A stretch of 64,000 nucleotides of DNA. Origin: Candidatus Brocadiia bacterium (GTDB lineage Bacteria; Planctomycetota; Brocadiia; SM23-32). Location of the stretch: contig JBKHIT010000009.1 of assembly GCA_046538485.1 (NCBI GenBank), positions 1 through 64,000 on the forward strand, written 5' to 3'. How positions within the stretch are numbered: position 1 is the stretch's first letter; each line of letters begins with the position of its first letter. The notes beneath the pieces were generated by a model, which made no database searches, had not been told where the DNA came from, and saw only the letters and a program-made list of their open reading frames with translations. This document shows positions 31,128 through 40,878 of the stretch, piece by piece. A program made the translations under genes and the position numbers.

Positions 31128-31337
31128 ATGAGAACGAACGAAATGGCAGATGTCGTCAAATCAGACTGGTTTGGACGGGACGTCACTGTATTGCTTGAGA
31201 ATGGAAAATCAATGACAGGTGAATTATCGGAAACCAGTTCAAATTATATTGTTCTGACAACTCAATCTGGCGATGAAGTTCAGATTATGGTTCACGCTAT
31301 TGTTCTAATAAAATCCGCGGGGGCATCTTCGGCTTGA
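31128..31337 (+). CDS. Small Sm/LSm (Hfq-like) fold protein
   Basis: VTVLLENGKSMTGEL...YIVL (Sm1-like) and QIMVHAIVLI (Sm2-like); GAGG SD. Confidence 0.65.
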   Translation: MRTNEMADVVKSDWFGRDVTVLLENGKSMTGELSETSSNYIVLTTQSGDEVQIMVHAIVLIKSAGASSA

Positions 31338-31380
31338 GGGAGAATGCGGAGGGATCTTCCGGAAAGTTCCCGGGGCAAGC

Positions 31381-31406
31381 AAAAACCCCGCGAATGCGGG
31401 GCATTT
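31381..31406. terminator. Intrinsic terminator (T-tract on the minus strand, downstream of tRNA-Phe; possibly bidirectional)
   Basis: AAAAA-CCCCGC-GAAT-GCGGGG-CATTT. Confidence 0.8.
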
Positions 31407-31413
31407 GTAGGTA

Positions 31414-31488
31414 TGGTGGGTAGGGTCGGAATCGAACCGACGACACCGGCCTTTTCAGGGCCGTGCTCTACCCCTGAGCTACCTACCC
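31414..31488 (-). tRNA. tRNA-Phe (GAA)
   Basis: Cloverleaf GGGTAGG/CCTACCC acceptor, anticodon arm CGGCC-CTGAAAA-GGCCG, TTCGATT T-loop, encoded CCA. Confidence 0.98.
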
Positions 31489-31501
31489 ACCAGAGCCAGC
31501 A

Positions 31502-31530
31502 ATTCTACTTGCCAGGAATTAGTTCGTCAA
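31502..31530 (-). promoter_or_regulatory. Putative sigma70 promoter of tRNA-Phe
   Basis: TTGACG-17 bp-TAGAAT on the minus strand. Confidence 0.7.
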
Positions 31531-31554
31531 GCAGAAAGAAATAACCTCCGGGCC

Positions 31555-34212
31555 TCAGGACAACTTTTTTTCAAGCAGTTTTCTCACGGCATCGAAAGCT
31601 TCCGGTAGTTTATCTGGTTCGGAACCGCCGGCCTGGGCCAAATCAGGACGTCCCCCTCCGCCTCCACCCAATACACGGGCAGCCGTGCAGGCGATTTCTT
31701 CTGCGTCGAGCCCTTTTTGCACAAGATCGGGGCTGAGCCCTGCCACGAGTGCGACTTTCTCGTTTTGTCTTGATGCCAGCAGACAGGCGACATTTTCATT
31801 GTTCTTACGGAGCACATCGGCTGCGCTCCGTAGTTCAGAATGCCCGCCATCGAGTTCCGTGAAAATGGCTCGCACGCCCGCAATTTCCTCGGATTCTTCG
31901 ATCAGGCCCCCCCCGGATGCCATCTGGCGCACGGCCTTTTCCCTGGCGTTCTGGAGGTCTTTCTCGAGTTGACGGATTTGATCCTGTAGATCTCGGGTTC
32001 TTTTCAGGAGATTTTCCTCCTGCGTGTTTATTTCATCAGCCAACCGGGCGAGCAGACGTTCGCGGTCACGCAGCCGTTCCAGCGTGTTGGTGCCGGTTAC
32101 GGCTTCGATTCTCCGGACGCCGCCGGCGACGCTGCTCTCGCTTGTGATACGGAAAAGCCCGATTTCGCCCGTCCGATCGCAGTGGGTTCCCCCACAGAGC
32201 TCGCGGCTGTAATTGCCGATGCTGATCACGCGCACGATATCGCCGTATTTTTCTCCGAAAAGCGCCATCGCTCCGATTTCCTGGGCTTCGCTTCGGCCCA
32301 TATGTGCCGATACGACCGGATCATCAGTCAGAATTTTATCGTTTACGATGTCTTCAACTTCAAGAAGTTCCTGGGTGTTCAATTCTGTCGGGTTTGAAAA
32401 GTCGAACCGGAGATGATCGGCGGCCACCGCGGAGCCGCTTTGCGTTGCGTGTTCGCCCAGCACTTCACGCAGCGCGTAGTGGAGGAGGTGGGTTGCCGTG
32501 TGGTTGCGGGCGGTGGCCCTGCGTTGTTTTTTGTCGACGCGGCAGAGGACGCGATCATTTTTGGCGAGCATGCCACTTTCAACACGTCCCACATGAAGGA
32601 AGAACCCTTTTTCGCGTCGGACACTATCAAAAACAAATTCGTTTTGCTCTCCGTCGACCGTCCTGACAATTCCCCGGTCTCCCATTTGTCCGCCCGATTC
32701 TCCGTAAGCCGGTGTTCGGTCGAGAACAATTTGAGCGTCCTGTCCCCCTTCAATTTTTTCAACGAGTTCATCTTGGTGGACAATCCCGATGATTTTGCCT
32801 TCGCTTTCCAGCGTATTGTAACCGGTAAATTCTGTGCTTTCATGTTCTTCCTGGAGCTGGCTGACCGGTCCGCCGGCGAAGACGCCTTTCTGGAAGGTAG
32901 AGCCGTTTTTCGAGCGCCTTTGGTGTGCTTCGAGGTGCTGGAGGAACCCCTGTACATCGGCGGAAATCCCATTATCTTTAAGGATTGACTCTGTCATTTC
33001 GACGGGGAATCCGTAGGTTTGGTAGAGGTCGAAAATTTCTTTCCCGCGGAGCACAGAGGATTTTTGACGTTTTAATCGGGCGATATGATCGGCGAGCACG
33101 GCCGAGCCTCGTTTTACAGTTTTTTGAAAGGATTTTTCCTCTTCTCGCACCACAGTTGCGATATGATCCCGGCTTTCCGCCAGCTCGGGATACGCGTCGG
33201 AATGGGCCTGGATAACGGGATCAAGCAGCTCCACCAGGAAAGGCCCTTCGACTCCGAGCTGCACGCCGTCTCTGATGGCCCGCCTCAGGAGGCGCCGCAC
33301 CACATAGCCCCGTTCTTCATTACTGGGAATTACTCCGTCGCCGATGCAGAAAAAGATAGATCGCGCGTGATCTGCGATGCGCCGCATGAGCGATGCATTA
33401 TCGGAATCGGTTTCATAACTGAGACCGCAAATTTCTTCGATTTGTTCCATGATCGGTTCGAAAATATCAATGTCGTAATTTGTCGGGACACCCTGCATGA
33501 TCCGCGCCATGCGTTCCAGGCCCATTCCCGTATCAATATTGCGCATAGGAAGGGGCTCAAGACTACCGTCGTCCTGCCGGTCGTATTGTTGGAAGACAAG
33601 ATTCCAGAGTTCGACATAACGATCGCAGTCACAGGAGGGATCGCAATCTGCGCGGTTGCAGCCGGTGTCTTCGCCGAGATCATAGAAAATCTCGCTGCAT
33701 GGCCCGCAAGGTCCGCTGGGACCTTGACTTCGCACATTAGCAGGCCAGAAATTTTCGCCTTCTCCGAATCTGTATATTTTTGCAGCGGCTATCCCCACCG
33801 TATTACGCCAGACATCATAGGCTTCTTCATCTTCTTCGTAGATGCTGACCACCATTTTCTCGGCGGGAATTGATATCTCATCTCGCATAAACTGCCATGC
33901 CCAGCGGATGGCGTCTTCCTTGAAATAGTCTCCAAAAGAGAAATTGCCCAGCATCTCGAAGAACGTATGATGGGAAGCCGTCTTCCCGACGTTTTCAATA
34001 TCACCCGTCCGCAGACATTTCTGGCAGGTTGCTGCTCGTTTCAGGGTTTCGTCGCCACGCCCGTAAAACTCGTCTTTGAACTGGTTCATCCCCGCGCCCG
34101 TAAACAGTAGCGATGGATCGTGCGTCGGCACGAGTGTATCCGGAGGGACAACACGATGATCGAACTCGCGAAAAAAATCCAGGAATCGCCTTCTAATGTT
34201 GTCTGTTTTCAT
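31555..34212 (-). CDS. alaS: Alanine--tRNA ligase
   Basis: LLFTGAGMNQFK, HHTFFEMLGNFSFGDYFK, HTATHLL, ELCGGTH and GGGGGRPDLAQAGG motifs. Confidence 0.99.
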   Translation of the reverse strand: MKTDNIRRRFLDFFREFDHRVVPPDTLVPTHDPSLLFTGAGMNQFKDEFYGRGDETLKRAATCQKCLRTGDIENVGKTASHHTFFEMLGNFSFGDYFKEDAIRWAWQFMRDEISIPAEKMVVSIYEEDEEAYDVWRNTVGIAAAKIYRFGEGENFWPANVRSQGPSGPCGPCSEIFYDLGEDTGCNRADCDPSCDCDRYVELWNLVFQQYDRQDDGSLEPLPMRNIDTGMGLERMARIMQGVPTNYDIDIFEPIMEQIEEICGLSYETDSDNASLMRRIADHARSIFFCIGDGVIPSNEERGYVVRRLLRRAIRDGVQLGVEGPFLVELLDPVIQAHSDAYPELAESRDHIATVVREEEKSFQKTVKRGSAVLADHIARLKRQKSSVLRGKEIFDLYQTYGFPVEMTESILKDNGISADVQGFLQHLEAHQRRSKNGSTFQKGVFAGGPVSQLQEEHESTEFTGYNTLESEGKIIGIVHQDELVEKIEGGQDAQIVLDRTPAYGESGGQMGDRGIVRTVDGEQNEFVFDSVRREKGFFLHVGRVESGMLAKNDRVLCRVDKKQRRATARNHTATHLLHYALREVLGEHATQSGSAVAADHLRFDFSNPTELNTQELLEVEDIVNDKILTDDPVVSAHMGRSEAQEIGAMALFGEKYGDIVRVISIGNYSRELCGGTHCDRTGEIGLFRITSESSVAGGVRRIEAVTGTNTLERLRDRERLLARLADEINTQEENLLKRTRDLQDQIRQLEKDLQNAREKAVRQMASGGGLIEESEEIAGVRAIFTELDGGHSELRSAADVLRKNNENVACLLASRQNEKVALVAGLSPDLVQKGLDAEEIACTAARVLGGGGGGRPDLAQAGGSEPDKLPEAFDAVRKLLEKKLS

Positions 34213-34542
34213 CGTTGATCCGAATTAACTGGCCTGTGGATTAAGCGTTCTACTGGCGGTCAGAACACGCCTGAAAAGGAGAGAATACAAATGGATAGGA
34301 TATCGCGCTCCGAGGAAAGCGTCAAGCAATCGAAAGGAAAATCCCAGGCAGCTTACGAAAAGTTAACATTATGAACATCAAGTTGAGATCTTTCTGTGGT
34401 TTTTATGGGCCGGTCGGTAACGTTCTGTGTCTGGATTTCATCGGGGCGGTTGTGCGTGCGTTAGAAATTGTGCAAGATGGCAACACGAGGCTCTGCCGAT
34501 TTGGGAAGGACGGAAACGGCAATTGCAGAGGGCGATACAGCC

Positions 34543-34686
34543 ATGGCCAGAATACTGATTTTCGAGGACGAAGAAGATCTGCAGCTGCTTTACCGCGAAA
34601 ATCTCTCGCAACTGGGTTACAAAGTGCTGACAGCAGGAGATGGGGTGCAAGCTCTTGACAGCCCCCGGACTGTTTCCTATCATTAA
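34543..34686 (+). pseudogene. Truncated response-regulator receiver domain
   Basis: MARILIFEDEEDL...GYKVLTAGDGVQAL, then divergence and a stop before the phospho-acceptor Asp. Confidence 0.75.
34655..34683 (+). promoter_or_regulatory. Near-consensus sigma70 promoter for the downstream lipoprotein gene
   Basis: TTGACA-17 bp-TATCAT. Confidence 0.7.
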
Positions 34687-34757
34687 ATACGATTCAGGCG
34701 TTAGTATTGAATTTTATTAACGAGCTTAAAGATGTTTTTCTTTTTGAGGAGGTAGCC

Positions 34758-35411
34758 ATGAAAAGACTCATGGGAACGGTGCTGAGTGTGCTGGCGATAG
34801 CGATCATCACGGGGTGCAGTGGAACGCCCCCCCAATGGGTTGAAGCAGGATCAGGGCCCGCTGAAAAAAAATGGGGCAAAGCAATTTACGGTATTGGGGT
34901 TGCCGCGCCAACTCCTGATCCAGAAGACCAATTGAATATTGCCAAACTCAGTGCAAAAAAAGAAATCGCGCGCACTGAGGAGGACTACATAGCGGGCTTC
35001 GCGAAAGACGTTATGAAGAAACATCCGGATTCTTTCAACGCCAAAGCCGCCAGTTCTGTTAAGTTGTCCGAGAAAGTGGCACAACAGATTGCTGATGCTA
35101 CATATTTTGACACGGGGGTTGTTAATAAATGGCGCGATGGCGGAGGAAAGCTGGCCCAGAAAGGGAGCCTCTATATTTTGATGAAAGTAGACCTGGATGA
35201 TGAATTCTTCGATCTGCTGGAGGTGACTTTGAAAGGCCTGTTGCAAAAACACCAGAGCAAAGTTTTGAAAGGGAAAGCAGAGAAAGCGTTTGCAGAGCTC
35301 AAAAAAGAGATCGTCAAGCTCCGCATGGCTCCGGTGAACTACGGCGCACCGGTTCCTGCCAAAAGCTCTGAAAAAACTGGAAAGAAAGAGAATAAAAAAG
35401 GCTCAGAGTAG
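34758..35411 (+). CDS. Putative lipoprotein (LPP20-like)
   Basis: GAGGAGG SD, lipobox ITGC, PQWV...IYGIGVA. Confidence 0.75.
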   Translation: MKRLMGTVLSVLAIAIITGCSGTPPQWVEAGSGPAEKKWGKAIYGIGVAAPTPDPEDQLNIAKLSAKKEIARTEEDYIAGFAKDVMKKHPDSFNAKAASSVKLSEKVAQQIADATYFDTGVVNKWRDGGGKLAQKGSLYILMKVDLDDEFFDLLEVTLKGLLQKHQSKVLKGKAEKAFAELKKEIVKLRMAPVNYGAPVPAKSSEKTGKKENKKGSE

Positions 35412-35442
35412 CCTGAAAAATTAAGCAAACTAATATGGTTTT

Positions 35443-35478
35443 GGGACCCGGTTTTCAAAGACCGGGTTCTACTTTTTT
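35443..35478 (+). terminator. Putative intrinsic terminator
   Basis: GGGACCCGGT...ACCGGGTTC stem then TACTTTTTT. Confidence 0.65.
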
Positions 35479-35609
35479 GGAAGCCGGGAAGAAACCAGTG
35501 AAGCAGCTGGCAGAAGTTCGCCTCCGGGTCCCGGCCATTGAGAGTTCATCGACGAACCAAAATGGCGGGTAACGTGATTGTGAAGAGTTAAGGAAAGGAG
35601 AAACTTGTC

Positions 35610-37367
35610 ATGAATTTTGCAAGAAAACTCGCTGAAATCTGTCTGGCAGGAATCTGGATTTGTGCTGTTTCGGTCCAGGCTCTTGAGCCGGAACGGGCGG
35701 TGCCTGCTGATGCAGCGTACATCGTGAAAATTCGGGACGTGGGCGAATATTACAACGAACTCGTCAACAGCAAAAGACTGAATGCACTTTTGGAAGCGGG
35801 GACATTGCCCGAAGTATCTGCGAAAATGAACGAGCTCACGGCTATTTTGAAAGGTCTCGAAGAAGAATATGGGTTCGATCTGCGGGAGACGATGGATAAT
35901 TTCCTGGGACGCGAAGTAATTATCGCTGGTGCCATTGATGGGCCTGCTGTCTTTGCTACGCGAGGCCACAGTGCCGAATCGCTCCAAAAAGCTGTTTTAC
36001 AATTCCAAAAATTGGTTGAAGCAGAAACGGGCTCCGTTACGAGTCGATCTGACAGTTACAAAGGAATGGAAATAGAAACAGTCTCACAGGCAAAAAATAC
36101 CCATTCTCGCGTCTTTTACAAGGACCTTTTGCTGGCCAGCGAGGAGGCGAAATATCTCCGACAGGTTATTGATGTTCTTGCAGGCGATGCGGATTCTCTG
36201 ATGCAATCGGTTCCGTATCGGAAAGCATTGAAGCAAACACCCGCCGACGGTTTTATCACGTGTTACGTAGATGTCAGCGCATTTTGGTCGCTCGCGCGAG
36301 TATTGCGAGGCTCGGAGATTCTTAAAAAAATGCCTCCCAAAGCACGAAATCCCTGGACAAAATACATTCTCTTTCGAATGAGTGAGTTACTTCCGAGGAT
36401 ACAGTCCATTGCATTTTCGCTTCATAGTACCGATAGGTTGACTGGCCGTTTGCACATTAACTTTATTGGAGGAAAAATCCCTGAGGAACTGAAAACGGTT
36501 TTCGGGGAGAAAGGAATGGGGCAGTCCCTCCCGTCTTTTGTCCCCCAGAACGCTGTCCTGGCTGCCAGCAGACGGGTCAAATTTGAGGCTCTCTGGGATG
36601 ATATCATCCGGGTTATGGGAAAATCCGATCCTGCCGCCAAACAGAGGTTGGAAAGAGGCATCGAACGCATGACCAACATGATAGGGGGTATTGAAGGGAA
36701 GAAGGACTTTTTCGAGCAAATCGGTGAGCAGATAACTTTTTTCGCGCTGGCACGCCGTGATGAAGATAAGTTTCCCGCGGCGGCGGTGGCTCTGGAGTTA
36801 CGAAAGACCGAGAAAATTCCGAATGCTCTGCGAACTCTCATGGGTGCTCTTGCGATTCTTGGTACGGCCGAGAATGAAGAAGTCAGTGCCACGCTTCAAA
36901 AGCTGCGTTACAAGGAAGTTCCGTTGACAGTAACTGAGATTGAGGCAAACGGTCCTGCCGGTCAGTTCAGCCCGACGCTGTTTGTGATGGACAAAACGCT
37001 TTTTTTAACCAGTGATGTGACAGCGGCGCATTCCATTGTTGATACCAGCAAGAAAAAACAAAAATCTTCCGAAAAAGAAAACAATGAGCAAAAAATAGCT
37101 TTCGGGCGGATGCGATTAGATATGCTGCTCACTCGAGCTATGTTGGAAAAATACCGCGCGCAAATTATTAAAAACAGTGTCAAAAACGAAAACAAAACCA
37201 GAGCCCAGGCGGAACAGGAACTGGCAGCGCTGAAATCTTTCCTGATACTTTTCAAGGAACTGGATCTGGAAGCGGCGTACAAAAAGGGACAGCTCGATTT
37301 CAATTTGACATCCTGCTATTCGCCGCTTGAAGCTGTCCGAAAGAATGCCTGTGTTCCTGCTCGCTGA
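35610..37367 (+). CDS. Secreted hypothetical protein (DUF3352-like)
   Basis: Signal peptide (VQA), VPADAA start, duplicated architecture with YKGMEI / YKEVPL motifs. Confidence 0.65.
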   Translation: MNFARKLAEICLAGIWICAVSVQALEPERAVPADAAYIVKIRDVGEYYNELVNSKRLNALLEAGTLPEVSAKMNELTAILKGLEEEYGFDLRETMDNFLGREVIIAGAIDGPAVFATRGHSAESLQKAVLQFQKLVEAETGSVTSRSDSYKGMEIETVSQAKNTHSRVFYKDLLLASEEAKYLRQVIDVLAGDADSLMQSVPYRKALKQTPADGFITCYVDVSAFWSLARVLRGSEILKKMPPKARNPWTKYILFRMSELLPRIQSIAFSLHSTDRLTGRLHINFIGGKIPEELKTVFGEKGMGQSLPSFVPQNAVLAASRRVKFEALWDDIIRVMGKSDPAAKQRLERGIERMTNMIGGIEGKKDFFEQIGEQITFFALARRDEDKFPAAAVALELRKTEKIPNALRTLMGALAILGTAENEEVSATLQKLRYKEVPLTVTEIEANGPAGQFSPTLFVMDKTLFLTSDVTAAHSIVDTSKKKQKSSEKENNEQKIAFGRMRLDMLLTRAMLEKYRAQIIKNSVKNENKTRAQAEQELAALKSFLILFKELDLEAAYKKGQLDFNLTSCYSPLEAVRKNACVPAR

Positions 37368-37508
37368 GGGCATAAAACAGGATTCTTTGAAGGAATACCC
37401 GCGGGGGAGGCTCTTCCGCCCTCTGAGATTGCAATCCTGAGCAGGGGCGGTCATTATATGCGGTCTGTTCTGTTTTAGCTAAACTCTCATGAAGAAAGAT
37501 GTGTTTGT

Positions 37509-38546
37509 ATGAATTCGCAACGGAAAATGCGTGTTGTTCAGGTTGGTGTCGGCGGCTTTGGCGGAGCTCGCCGGAAGAGAATGAGGGAAACAGGGCTTTT
37601 CGATCTTGTCGGGGCTTACGACTGGAACTCCAAAGTACTTGCCAGAGCGTGTGAGGAGGAGAGTGCGGAGGCAACGGGAAGTTACGAAGAACTGATTGAT
37701 TTGCCCGACATTGAAGCGGTGGTCATTTCGACGGGGGCAAAATACCACGCTCAGCAGGTCCTCGATGCAGCTGAGAAAGGGCTACATGTTTTTGTCGAAA
37801 AACCGCTTTGTTCAACGCCCGCAGAATTGAACAGGCTCATCGAGCTGGATTCGGAAAGTGATGTGATAATCGGCGTCGGACATAACAATCACAAACACGA
37901 CGCAGTCGCATTGACGATTCAGCGGAAAATCGACGCGGGAGAACTCGGGGACGTCGTGACTTTCGAAAAAACGACCGCCCATAGCGGAGGATTGGTTATG
38001 GAGCCCGATGAGTGGCGCGCCGATCCCGAAAAAAACCCCGGCGGCATGTTGTTTCAGTGCGGGGTGCACAGTATTCATGAGCTGGCGTTTTATTTCGGGC
38101 CAATTGCGGAGGTCTATTCCACGATGCAACACGATATTCATTCGAGTGAGACCGCCGATATCGCCCTCTGCCACCTGAAGTTTACTTCTGGCCTCGTCGG
38201 TACTCTCAATGCTTATCATGTCACACCGTACCGGCATACACTCTCAATTTTCGGTACCAGAGTCAATATCTATCGCGATGTCCGATATCATGGGGAGGGG
38301 ACGGCACTCCTGACCCAGGAAACTCACCTCAATGGCAAAGAAGAACCACGCCTCCCTCTGGAGCCTATAGGTGAAAATGACGTTGGCGGGAATCTTCGCA
38401 GCTTTTATAACGCAGTGCGGAGTGGGGACGAGCTATATCCATCGCTGATTGACGGCGCGCGCGCTGTTGCGGTTGTTTTTGCTGCCGAGAAATCTGCCCG
38501 CGAAAAACGGTGGGTTGAAGTCGATGAACGATTGAGCAAGGTATGA
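37509..38546 (+). CDS. Gfo/Idh/MocA family oxidoreductase
   Basis: VGVGGFG, HVFVEKP and GGMLFQCGVH motifs. Confidence 0.93.
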   Translation: MNSQRKMRVVQVGVGGFGGARRKRMRETGLFDLVGAYDWNSKVLARACEEESAEATGSYEELIDLPDIEAVVISTGAKYHAQQVLDAAEKGLHVFVEKPLCSTPAELNRLIELDSESDVIIGVGHNNHKHDAVALTIQRKIDAGELGDVVTFEKTTAHSGGLVMEPDEWRADPEKNPGGMLFQCGVHSIHELAFYFGPIAEVYSTMQHDIHSSETADIALCHLKFTSGLVGTLNAYHVTPYRHTLSIFGTRVNIYRDVRYHGEGTALLTQETHLNGKEEPRLPLEPIGENDVGGNLRSFYNAVRSGDELYPSLIDGARAVAVVFAAEKSAREKRWVEVDERLSKV

Positions 38547-40579
38547 AAATGGAAGACATCCCCAAGCAGTTAATAATACCAATTGCGGAAACCGTTTGCG
38601 CAGAAACCAATTGGAGCAGGCCCGAATTGGAAAAGCTGGAAAAAGAAAGGTCGAAGGGAGAACCGCTGGAGACCGCTTGTGTTTTGATTGATTATCTCCG
38701 TGCGCGGAAGCGACCTGAGCCACTTTTTTCGAGAGATTACGTCAGTATGGTTCGAGAAAGGGCGGGTAAAGGGCAAAAAAATGAAGCTTGTGATGCGCTG
38801 GAAGAAGCCCTGGAGAAAGCTTTGGTTGGTGAAGGTCATTCTAATCCCATAAGCGCTATCGGACCGGAAAAATTCTTCCTGGCGGCGGATGAGTTTTTCT
38901 GCGAGCAAATTGCCAGAACCGTTATCGGTTGCCGAGAAAAATGGAATGCAGGGACATGGGGTAACACCCGGCATATCTGCGAACTGCTGCTCCAGCTTTT
39001 TGCTGTCCCAGAATGCGAAAGCCGGGATATTGTGCCAGTTATGGCCTGGTTGCTCCAACAGGCACGTGCTGAGTGGGCGATGGCCCGGGCATGGGATGAG
39101 GCAGGACTGGGTAACAGCGGCCATAACTGGTGGTTACACACTTTCATCGGGTTTTTTGAGGTCGGCCTGTATTTTTCGATGTTCGATGGATTCGAGAAGT
39201 TCCAGGCGTTCGCCCCCACGTATTTTGAACACGAGATGCGCCTTTTGATGAATTCGGATGGTTTTACCCGTGAGCGTTCGGGGTATCACTGGGGTACGGC
39301 GCGCCATTGGTACGCGGTTAGAAGACTTGCGGAACTGGGTGAGGTCGAGCTGGACAGTGAGTTTTATGAGCTTCTGCATCGGGTTGCGGATACCGAATGG
39401 AAAACACTTGCGCCCAACGGAGATGTCCCGCGAGTAGGGGACACGGGGAACCGACATTCACGGTCTTCTCTGGAGCATGTCCGGGTCGCAGCCGCTTTGT
39501 TCAATATGCCCGAGGCGAAATACGTGGCCGAAAAACTGGCTCCGAATTGGGCCCCTCCTTATCAGGAGCTTCTTCCGTGTATGGGCCAGAATGTTCTGTC
39601 TGACTACAGGGAGTCCTCCGAGCAAATCCCGTCGTTACCCACGGCGGATACGGCACTGAAGGATTCGGGTTACTATTTTATGCGGCAGAATTGGACGCCT
39701 CAGTCAGATTGGATGTGCATTGAAGCTGGCCCTCTTGGGAATATCGTTCATAGCCATGATCATACGCATGTTTTCAATATAGAACTTTACAGCCGGGGGA
39801 GACCCATTCTGATCGATAATTGCAGCGGACCGTACGGGGGGGCGCCTGAACGCATGTGGCGTGTTAAAAGCGCGAGCCACAATGTGGCGACGATTGACGA
39901 ACAGGACCATATCCCGGTCCAGACAGAATGGCGATGGGAAGGAACTGTGTTGCCCCACGTCAACCGCTGGCAGACGGAGGAGAAGTACGCTTATTTCAGT
40001 GGTGCACACGAAGGCTACCGATACCTCCCTGAAAAAGTTGCTTCCGTCCGGCGGAAAATTTTCTATCTGCGCGGCCAATACTGGATTATGATCGATCGGT
40101 TTACTCCCGAAACCGAAGCCGAACACCAGTACACGCTTCACTTTCACGTAAATGCTGAGGGCAAACTTGGTTGTAAAGGACGATTTGTAACGGAAGGCCA
40201 GGGAGGCAATCTCATGATTCTCCCAATTGCCGGGGCAGCGGGGGAAGCCGACGTTTCTCCATGTCCCTATCCGATTGAAGGTTACGATAATCCACAACAT
40301 CTTATTTACACTGCTGTGGATTCAGGTCCGCAGCTTTTCGTGACCCTTCTGGTTCCGTTTTCTGGCAAGGACCAGCCAGAAGTGAAAACTCGTCTGATCG
40401 ATGTTCAAGCCGATGATCGGCGGGTGGATCAATGGGAAATAACAGGTCTTGAGGTAAACATTGCCGGACGGCGAGATCTTTATGTGAATCAGCATATGCA
40501 ATGGAATTTGCCATGGAGAGCTGCTGAATTCGGTGCTCAGGGACGCATATTTCATTCGCAGTGCCATTCGCAAGATTGA
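38543..40579 (+). CDS. Heparinase II/III family (polysaccharide lyase-like) protein
   Basis: DGFTRERSGYH, SGYYFMR..W, HSHDH, GRPILID and SHNVATID motifs; no signal peptide. Confidence 0.85.
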   Translation: MKMEDIPKQLIIPIAETVCAETNWSRPELEKLEKERSKGEPLETACVLIDYLRARKRPEPLFSRDYVSMVRERAGKGQKNEACDALEEALEKALVGEGHSNPISAIGPEKFFLAADEFFCEQIARTVIGCREKWNAGTWGNTRHICELLLQLFAVPECESRDIVPVMAWLLQQARAEWAMARAWDEAGLGNSGHNWWLHTFIGFFEVGLYFSMFDGFEKFQAFAPTYFEHEMRLLMNSDGFTRERSGYHWGTARHWYAVRRLAELGEVELDSEFYELLHRVADTEWKTLAPNGDVPRVGDTGNRHSRSSLEHVRVAAALFNMPEAKYVAEKLAPNWAPPYQELLPCMGQNVLSDYRESSEQIPSLPTADTALKDSGYYFMRQNWTPQSDWMCIEAGPLGNIVHSHDHTHVFNIELYSRGRPILIDNCSGPYGGAPERMWRVKSASHNVATIDEQDHIPVQTEWRWEGTVLPHVNRWQTEEKYAYFSGAHEGYRYLPEKVASVRRKIFYLRGQYWIMIDRFTPETEAEHQYTLHFHVNAEGKLGCKGRFVTEGQGGNLMILPIAGAAGEADVSPCPYPIEGYDNPQHLIYTAVDSGPQLFVTLLVPFSGKDQPEVKTRLIDVQADDRRVDQWEITGLEVNIAGRRDLYVNQHMQWNLPWRAAEFGAQGRIFHSQCHSQD

Positions 40580-40878
40580 AATTTATGCGGGGCGGACAGC
40601 GCGAACTTTGCCAGGAAAATGATATCTCCCCCCCGGAAATTGTATAATTGCGGTTTGAAAAACAAGTCCGGGGCGGATCAAAGAATCCGCAGCATGCGAA
40701 TGGAGGCTCTCATGTGGATAGACCGGTGAAAACTCTCTGTATTAGGGCTTTTGGCCGGAGCTGAGAATGCTGAAGGTTTTAGCTCTTGTTTTTGCTGTGG
40801 TATAGTCGGGCTTAACGGCTAATGGCGCACTTTGCAGAAAGGGAATTAAAGCAACCAGATGCCCTACAAGGTGAAGCG

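Noticed and set aside
31414..31488. tRNA-Phe as an island integration site
   Set aside because: No duplicated tRNA 3' end and no integrase seen in the window.
35480..35609. c-di-AMP (ydaO) or c-di-GMP riboswitch in this and other intergenic regions
   Set aside because: Consensus elements were not found by inspection; an Infernal/Rfam scan would be needed to exclude them.
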